The notes under the pieces: generated by a model
Database searches by the model: none
What the model saw: only the letters and a program-made list of their open reading frames with translations
What the model was told of the DNA's origin: nothing
Source of the DNA: a virus
Taxonomy: Duplodnaviria; Caudoviricetes
Virus record (IMG/VR): IMGVR_UViG_3300008459_000274
Coordinates: 1 to 28,380 of that record
Direction: 5' to 3' (one strand)
DNA length: 28,380 nt
Program-made: the position numbers and the translations under genes
Shown: piece by piece, positions 23,451 through 28,380 of the stretch
How the letters are laid out: every line of letters begins with the position of its first letter
Position numbering within the stretch: position 1 is the first letter of the stretch

Positions 23451-24248
23451 TTATTTATTGTTTTTCACCGATTCCAATTTTTCAACAATAAATTTCAGAA
23501 TTTCAGATCGAACAATATCTTCTTTTCCAAATTCAATACAATGAATACCACGTTGTCTGGATTCCTCATCATTGAAAAGATCAAACATGGGTTTAAAACC
23601 CGATTTGTGTTTTTCTTTGATGTCACATTGCATGGGATCACCACAAATAATAAATTTACTAAATTGCCCAATTCTTGAAATAATTGTTTGTAATTCAAAA
23701 TGCTCTGCATTTTGCATCTCATCCGCAATGACATAATTAACATTAAACGATGCTCCTCTTAAAAAATTAACAGGAATTGGTTTTATTCTATCTTCTATTA
23801 ACAATCTTTTTATATCACTAGCTTTTATAAGTTCCTCAGCCTTATCAGTTAACGGAAGTGCGAAGGGCTTAAATTTATCGTCACAAAAACCTGGGAGCGC
23901 CCCCAAGCTTTTAGATGCACTTTCAATAATCGATCTAACATAAATTATTTCACTTACTTTTTTATCGTTCAATAATTTTAAACCACAATATGTCGCTAAT
24001 AATGTTTTTGAAGTTCCCGCAGGGCCAGATAAAAAAACAATTTTAGTATCTTTTGCCGTTATTAATTCGATTGCTTGTTTTTGTTTTTCGGTCCAAGGGA
24101 GTTCCCTGATGCTTATATTGAAATTTATCTTTTCCCTTTGCGGAACATATGGACTATTATCTTTTTTTTCTTCAGTAGTTACCGCCTGAATTTCTTCAGA
24201 CCCATTGCCTTTACAACTCTTTCGAGTTGCCTTTTTTTTGTGGCTCAT
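23451..24248 (-). CDS. phoH: PhoH-family ATPase
   Basis: GPAGTSKT Walker A, LGALPG, FLRGASF, IADEMQN, SRIG, GDPMQCD, DIVRS. Confidence 0.95.
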   Translation of the reverse strand: MSHKKKATRKSCKGNGSEEIQAVTTEEKKDNSPYVPQREKINFNISIRELPWTEKQKQAIELITAKDTKIVFLSGPAGTSKTLLATYCGLKLLNDKKVSEIIYVRSIIESASKSLGALPGFCDDKFKPFALPLTDKAEELIKASDIKRLLIEDRIKPIPVNFLRGASFNVNYVIADEMQNAEHFELQTIISRIGQFSKFIICGDPMQCDIKEKHKSGFKPMFDLFNDEESRQRGIHCIEFGKEDIVRSEILKFIVEKLESVKNNK

Positions 24249-24254
24249 TAATAA

Positions 24255-25739
24255 TTATTTAGCATTTTCACGTTTTACCTTAACATTCAAAATTCCATTT
24301 TCTCGCATTTGTTTTTTTATTCTACAAATAGTACTTCTACTGCTTTTTGTCATTTCTTCTATTTTTTTCAATGGTAAATTATCATTAATCAATTTCATAA
24401 TTTCTGGAAGCATTTTAGTATAATTGAAATTATCTTTATTTGAAAAGAAACACCAATTGTTTTGCTCTTTAACTTTTTGTATTAATCCTTTTATCATTTT
24501 GGTTTTACGATACCAAACTGTTTCTGTGAACTCTTTAAATGTTTTATATTTTTTAGATTCTTCCAAGATTATAGCATTTATATCTTTTTTTGGAAAAGTG
24601 TTTATTATTTTCTTTACTATCTTATAACTTACACATTTTTTATATAACTCTTTATCTTTTTTAAAGTCTTCATAATTATTGTATTTTTTAGCATCCTCGA
24701 AACATTTTTCCAATGCTTTTTCTTTTGCAACCGTCACACTATATTTGTATTCAAAATTTGGATTGTATGTAACATTATCTAATATTTTTCTTTTTTTAAG
24801 TTCATGGAAAAGAGGACAATTTTCATTTTTCATTTGACTTTTCATGTTGAATTTAATTGCTAAATTCAGCAATTCTTCATTTGTATGGTTTCTATAGGGA
24901 GATTTATTTCTTTTCATGTGAGAAGTAACTTTTTCCAACAAACCTCTTTTATGGAACCATTGATGTATATATGAATAATTTTTTAAAAAATAAGAATAAT
25001 CTGTAATTTCTTTGCAAATTTTTAACAATTCTTCTTCAGAATGTTCTACTGAAAGCCTAATGTCTTTTAATAAATCTAATTTTTTATTTCTTCTCAAAAA
25101 ACCATATTCTTTGTTATGTTTTTCTCTGAATTCTTTTACAGAAGAACATTCTGCTATTTTTCTTTTAATTTCATCAATATTTTTTGTTTTCAATATGTCT
25201 TCAAAAACATTTGAGCAATCTACATCGTTTATATTTGAATCTGTAAAATTATTATTTGTTATTTTGTTTATAATTTCCAAATTATCAATTAACTGAGACT
25301 TAACATCAATTTCGTAATTTCTATTATTTTCTTCAATAATTATCAATGTTATATCATTTTTATCACAAATTTCTTTTTTAATATTATCTCTTTCAATTGT
25401 AATGTCTTTTAAGTGCCATTTTCTTCCATTATATTCAATTGCTAATCTAAATTCTGGAAAATATATATCCAGTTCGTAAGGTGTTATTATCGCTCTTGTA
25501 TTATATAAACATTTCATTCCTAATAATTTTTCCATGATATGTTTACATATTAACTGGGGTGTGGAGTATGACCCCTTAACCATGTGCTCACAAATAGAAT
25601 CTAAAAAGGCTTTACCTTTTTGTCTTGCTATGCTATAAGCTGAATGATCTTTCTTCTGAAATTCTGCCCTAGTTTTAAATTGTTTCGCAATCTCTCTAAG
25701 AGATTCCTCTGTATGCCTTCTTCCACATGTATAACCCAT
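24255..25739 (-). CDS. putative free-standing endonuclease: PD-(D/E)XK (Vsr/DUF559-like) domain, helical repeats and C-terminal HTH
   Basis: PYELDIYFPEFRLAIEYNGRKWH...RDNIK...LIII; repeated T.E.L...AK.(F/Y)....EF; AT-rich; TAAATA 7 nt before ATG. Confidence 0.75.
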   Translation of the reverse strand: MGYTCGRRHTEESLREIAKQFKTRAEFQKKDHSAYSIARQKGKAFLDSICEHMVKGSYSTPQLICKHIMEKLLGMKCLYNTRAIITPYELDIYFPEFRLAIEYNGRKWHLKDITIERDNIKKEICDKNDITLIIIEENNRNYEIDVKSQLIDNLEIINKITNNNFTDSNINDVDCSNVFEDILKTKNIDEIKRKIAECSSVKEFREKHNKEYGFLRRNKKLDLLKDIRLSVEHSEEELLKICKEITDYSYFLKNYSYIHQWFHKRGLLEKVTSHMKRNKSPYRNHTNEELLNLAIKFNMKSQMKNENCPLFHELKKRKILDNVTYNPNFEYKYSVTVAKEKALEKCFEDAKKYNNYEDFKKDKELYKKCVSYKIVKKIINTFPKKDINAIILEESKKYKTFKEFTETVWYRKTKMIKGLIQKVKEQNNWCFFSNKDNFNYTKMLPEIMKLINDNLPLKKIEEMTKSSRSTICRIKKQMRENGILNVKVKRENAK

Positions 25740-25777
25740 ATGGAAGTATTTAGTCTAGACTATGCTATTTCAATATA

Positions 25778-26011
25778 TTATTTCTTAACTTTGTGAAAAT
25801 ATTTTGCTCTACAAGAACATGAACAAAATTCTATTGCCGTTTTTCTCCTAAAAGATTTCCAAGAAATTGGCTGTTCACAATTTTTACAAGCTCTTGGTTC
25901 ACTTTCATATGCAACTTGTTTCTTGGATTTTTCATGAGTTTGCCTATGCCCATTCAATTGCTGGTGGCATTCAAACTCCTTCTCACAAACCTTGCAAATA
26001 TATTTTCCCAT
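25778..26011 (-). CDS. zinc-finger protein (C2H2 plus CxxC/FCSxxC), possibly a truncated endonuclease
   Basis: Start at TAATG overlap 26011: MGKYICKVCEKEFECHQQLNGHRQTH...CKNC...FCSCSC. Confidence 0.6.
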   Translation of the reverse strand: MGKYICKVCEKEFECHQQLNGHRQTHEKSKKQVAYESEPRACKNCEQPISWKSFRRKTAIEFCSCSCRAKYFHKVKK

Positions 26012-26271
26012 TAGCGTTCCACAAACATTGGAGTTTGCTTTCCAACATATGCACCTTCCACATTGAAGGAAAAATACTCTTGTGCCTCTTCCCAATCCAT
26101 TCCATCTCTTTCCACAAGAATCTCAATGCATTTTGTTCGATCATATACTGCAATCGGTTCTCCCACAAATTGGCGACCAATGCCCAATATTGCATCTTCA
26201 AAACCATCTGCAAGCAAAACATTTTCATCATCGTGCAAGCAGTTCTCCAAAAGTTCTTCTATTTTTTTCAC
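26011..26271 (-). CDS. conserved phage hypothetical protein
   Basis: ADGFEDAILG...AVYD...GM..EEA.EY..FN..GAYVG..TP pattern; GTG 6 nt after TTGCAA-17-TATTGT. Confidence 0.75.
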   Translation of the reverse strand: MKKIEELLENCLHDDENVLLADGFEDAILGIGRQFVGEPIAVYDRTKCIEILVERDGMDWEEAQEYFSFNVEGAYVGKQTPMFVER

Positions 26272-26310
26272 AATTCCACAATATCACAATCCGTGTAATT
26301 TTGCAACCAT

Positions 26311-26676
26311 TCACTCACGAAATTCTGCATATTTCAATGTTGCATCGCTCAAAGTCAGTTTCATCCATTCTTTTGCAATTCCATTTGGATCGTCTTTCCA
26401 TGCACGGATTCTATTACTCATCCATATGCGATCCCATCCCCACATTTGGTTTTTCCCTTTCGGATACATATAGATACAAATTGCATGGCCCCATTTGTCC
26501 GTATAAATTGATAATACCTTTGCTTCCACATTTTTTTCTTTCAATGCCTCGGTCATTATAATCGCTTGGGGTAAGCAATCGTAATCATAACGAAACTTTA
26601 AACCCTTTTCCACAAGCGGAGGATGGGTCATACATCCAACCAAAAAGAAACACAAAAACAATAAAATCTTTTTCAC
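26311..26676 (-). CDS. lipoprotein with a putative Cys-His-Asp (transglutaminase/papain-like) triad
   Basis: MKKILLFLCFFLVG-C lipobox; DCLPQA, GHAICIY, WGWD. Confidence 0.6.
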   Translation of the reverse strand: MKKILLFLCFFLVGCMTHPPLVEKGLKFRYDYDCLPQAIIMTEALKEKNVEAKVLSIYTDKWGHAICIYMYPKGKNQMWGWDRIWMSNRIRAWKDDPNGIAKEWMKLTLSDATLKYAEFRE

Positions 26677-26738
26677 GAAATTAGTTATACCAAAAATTTG
26701 ATTTTTTCAACATTCCACCCTAAATAATCAATATTGCA

Positions 26739-28175
26739 ATGAAGAAAAATATTCGGATTAACAACACACCATTTGAGAATGTTATTGTTTCAGAGGAAGG
26801 GAAGAACATCATTTATGCAAAAAGCTGTAAGGAAGAGTTTTTTGGAGTATACAACATAAAGGTGGGAAACAAGGGCATTCTATGTGAAAGCAATTCTCCG
26901 AATAGAATTTATTGTGAAATTATTCTGGATGGAAAGGTTTATGAGAACATTCCATTTGAAATTGTGAAAAGTGAAAATTCCAGAATCATTGTCAACAAAA
27001 ACACAATCGATAAAAATATTATGAACGAAGAAGCATTGCAACATGAAATTCTAAAACTCAAAAGGGAAATGAGGGAAGTTTCCAAGCAAAAGGTTCTTCT
27101 TAATGAAAGTGTTGAGACGAATTATAAACAAGAGCTTTTGGCGGAATTCTTTAAGGTTGCAAACGAAAACGAAAATTTCATAGACAATAAGATTTCTCTC
27201 TTGGAGAATGAATTGTCAAATAAATTACAAAACACTTTGGAAGAAACAGTTGAGAAAAGTATTGTATATTTCAGCAAGGAAAATTCCGAATCGCTTAGAA
27301 ATTCCATCAATGAACTCTATTCGGAACTCTCTCTTGCCAACAAGAAAGACATTGAAGAGCTAACTGAGGGTTTCAAACAAGATATTCTTAGCGAATATAA
27401 TGCAAAAGTGTCCAAGGAAGTTTCATCCTTTGCAGAAGATAAGAAAAAGATTCTGGAAGAACTATCAAATTCCAAGAAAAATGCGGCGGATGTGATGCTT
27501 GAGAGTATTGAATCATCCAAAAAGAAACTCTTGGAATCATTTGAATCGTCTTTAGAGAAACATAAACAGGAATTCTCCTCATCTTTTGTTTCCAAGTTTG
27601 AAAAGTTAATTAAAGATAGGGAAGAAGAAATCAAAAATCAAACCAAAAATTTATTGGAAAGTCAAAATAAAAATGTATCCTCTATCTTGGAAAAAAAGAA
27701 AAATGAAATGGAAGAGTCTTCTAGGGAAATTGTTACAGAAGCAAAGAAAAAAGTCAATGAACTGGAAAAGAAAGTAAACACACTCTCCAACCAGTTAAAC
27801 AAGTCTAATAGAGAAAAATCTAGATTGGATAGCCTTCTCCAAGATGCAAGAAAATATACTGATGGTAAAATCGCTCAAGCCCTAGAAGAAAGCAAGAGAT
27901 TCACAAGAATCATGATGGACATGGTTGGCGGTGGTAGTGGTTCTGTTGCTGTCCAATATGCAGCGGGTGGAACAATTAATGGAAACCTTACAATAAATGG
28001 ATCATTGAGTTCAGAAGGTGGAAATATTGGTAATATTGAAATGATCGATGGTGACTTGAATGTTGCAGGAACATTGACTGGAAATACAATATTGAGCGGT
28101 GGTACAAACTTGACCGACATATTTGCTGGTGAAGGTACAGGAGATACCAACATTCTGGATGGTGGCACTGTCTAA
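26739..28175 (+). CDS. long coiled-coil late protein with Gly-rich beta C-terminus, probably structural
   Basis: About 300 aa of E/K/L/S coiled coil, then GGGSGSVAVQYAAGGTINGNLTING...ILDGGTV; TAAATA at 26721. Confidence 0.7.
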   Translation: MKKNIRINNTPFENVIVSEEGKNIIYAKSCKEEFFGVYNIKVGNKGILCESNSPNRIYCEIILDGKVYENIPFEIVKSENSRIIVNKNTIDKNIMNEEALQHEILKLKREMREVSKQKVLLNESVETNYKQELLAEFFKVANENENFIDNKISLLENELSNKLQNTLEETVEKSIVYFSKENSESLRNSINELYSELSLANKKDIEELTEGFKQDILSEYNAKVSKEVSSFAEDKKKILEELSNSKKNAADVMLESIESSKKKLLESFESSLEKHKQEFSSSFVSKFEKLIKDREEEIKNQTKNLLESQNKNVSSILEKKKNEMEESSREIVTEAKKKVNELEKKVNTLSNQLNKSNREKSRLDSLLQDARKYTDGKIAQALEESKRFTRIMMDMVGGGSGSVAVQYAAGGTINGNLTINGSLSSEGGNIGNIEMIDGDLNVAGTLTGNTILSGGTNLTDIFAGEGTGDTNILDGGTV

Positions 28176-28347
28176 AAAATTAATATTTTTTCAAAAAAAT
28201 TACATTGCCAGCACTAAATAAGAATATTTTTTTTCAATTATTTTTTAACAACATTTGGAATTATCAAAATGATAGCTATTTAGTATATAAAAAATAAATT
28301 CAATGTTTGATAAAAATGGATCTATTTTTTGATAAATACTTATCCAT

Positions 28348-28380
28348 ATGTCAAACATAATTCGCATTAAGCGTAGGCTA
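28348..28380 (+). CDS. start of a probable tail-fibre/structural gene (partial)
   Basis: TAAATA at 28333-28338, then MSNIIRIKRRL, an I.IKR N-terminus typical of phage fibre proteins. Confidence 0.5.
   Translation, partial: MSNIIRIKRRL

Noticed and set aside
1-28380. Stop-codon reassignment
   Set aside because: Conserved genes are intact in the standard code; TAG ends rIIB, the HNH and the glycosylase, TGA ends tilS and others; no suppressor tRNA was seen.

Overview
AT-rich, gene-dense segment of a large tailed-phage genome, probably a T4-related or jumbo myovirus. A Verrucomicrobiota-like host is inferred. Most genes lie on the minus strand. Recognisable genes: partial GT-A glycosyltransferase, phage sigma70-family factor, pyrimidine-dimer-glycosylase-family protein, free-standing double LAGLIDADG endonuclease, tilS next to tRNA-Ile2(CAU), tRNA-Arg(UCU), tRNA-Asn(GUU), a LysM membrane protein, rIIA/rIIB, phoH, a repeat-rich PD-(D/E)XK nuclease and the start of a structural gene block. 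tRNA-Leu(UAA) is split at U33/U34 by a 751-nt group I intron whose HNH endonuclease ORF runs through the ribozyme core. Two promoter classes are readable: TTGACA-N17-(TGn)NAGAAT-type early/middle promoters and T4-like TAAATA late promoters 5-12 nt before ATG. The most system-like signal is a set of unrelated late-promoter genes (ADP-ribosyltransferase-like, HExxH metallopeptidase, SAM methyltransferase, small basic proteins) carrying short N-terminal leaders ending in Glu, five of them matching F-D/N-x-L-V/C-x(2-4)-L-x(0-2)-E. This resembles a capsid-targeting propeptide and suggests a dispersed set of virion-packaged effectors. All calls come from reading motifs by eye; no database searches were run.
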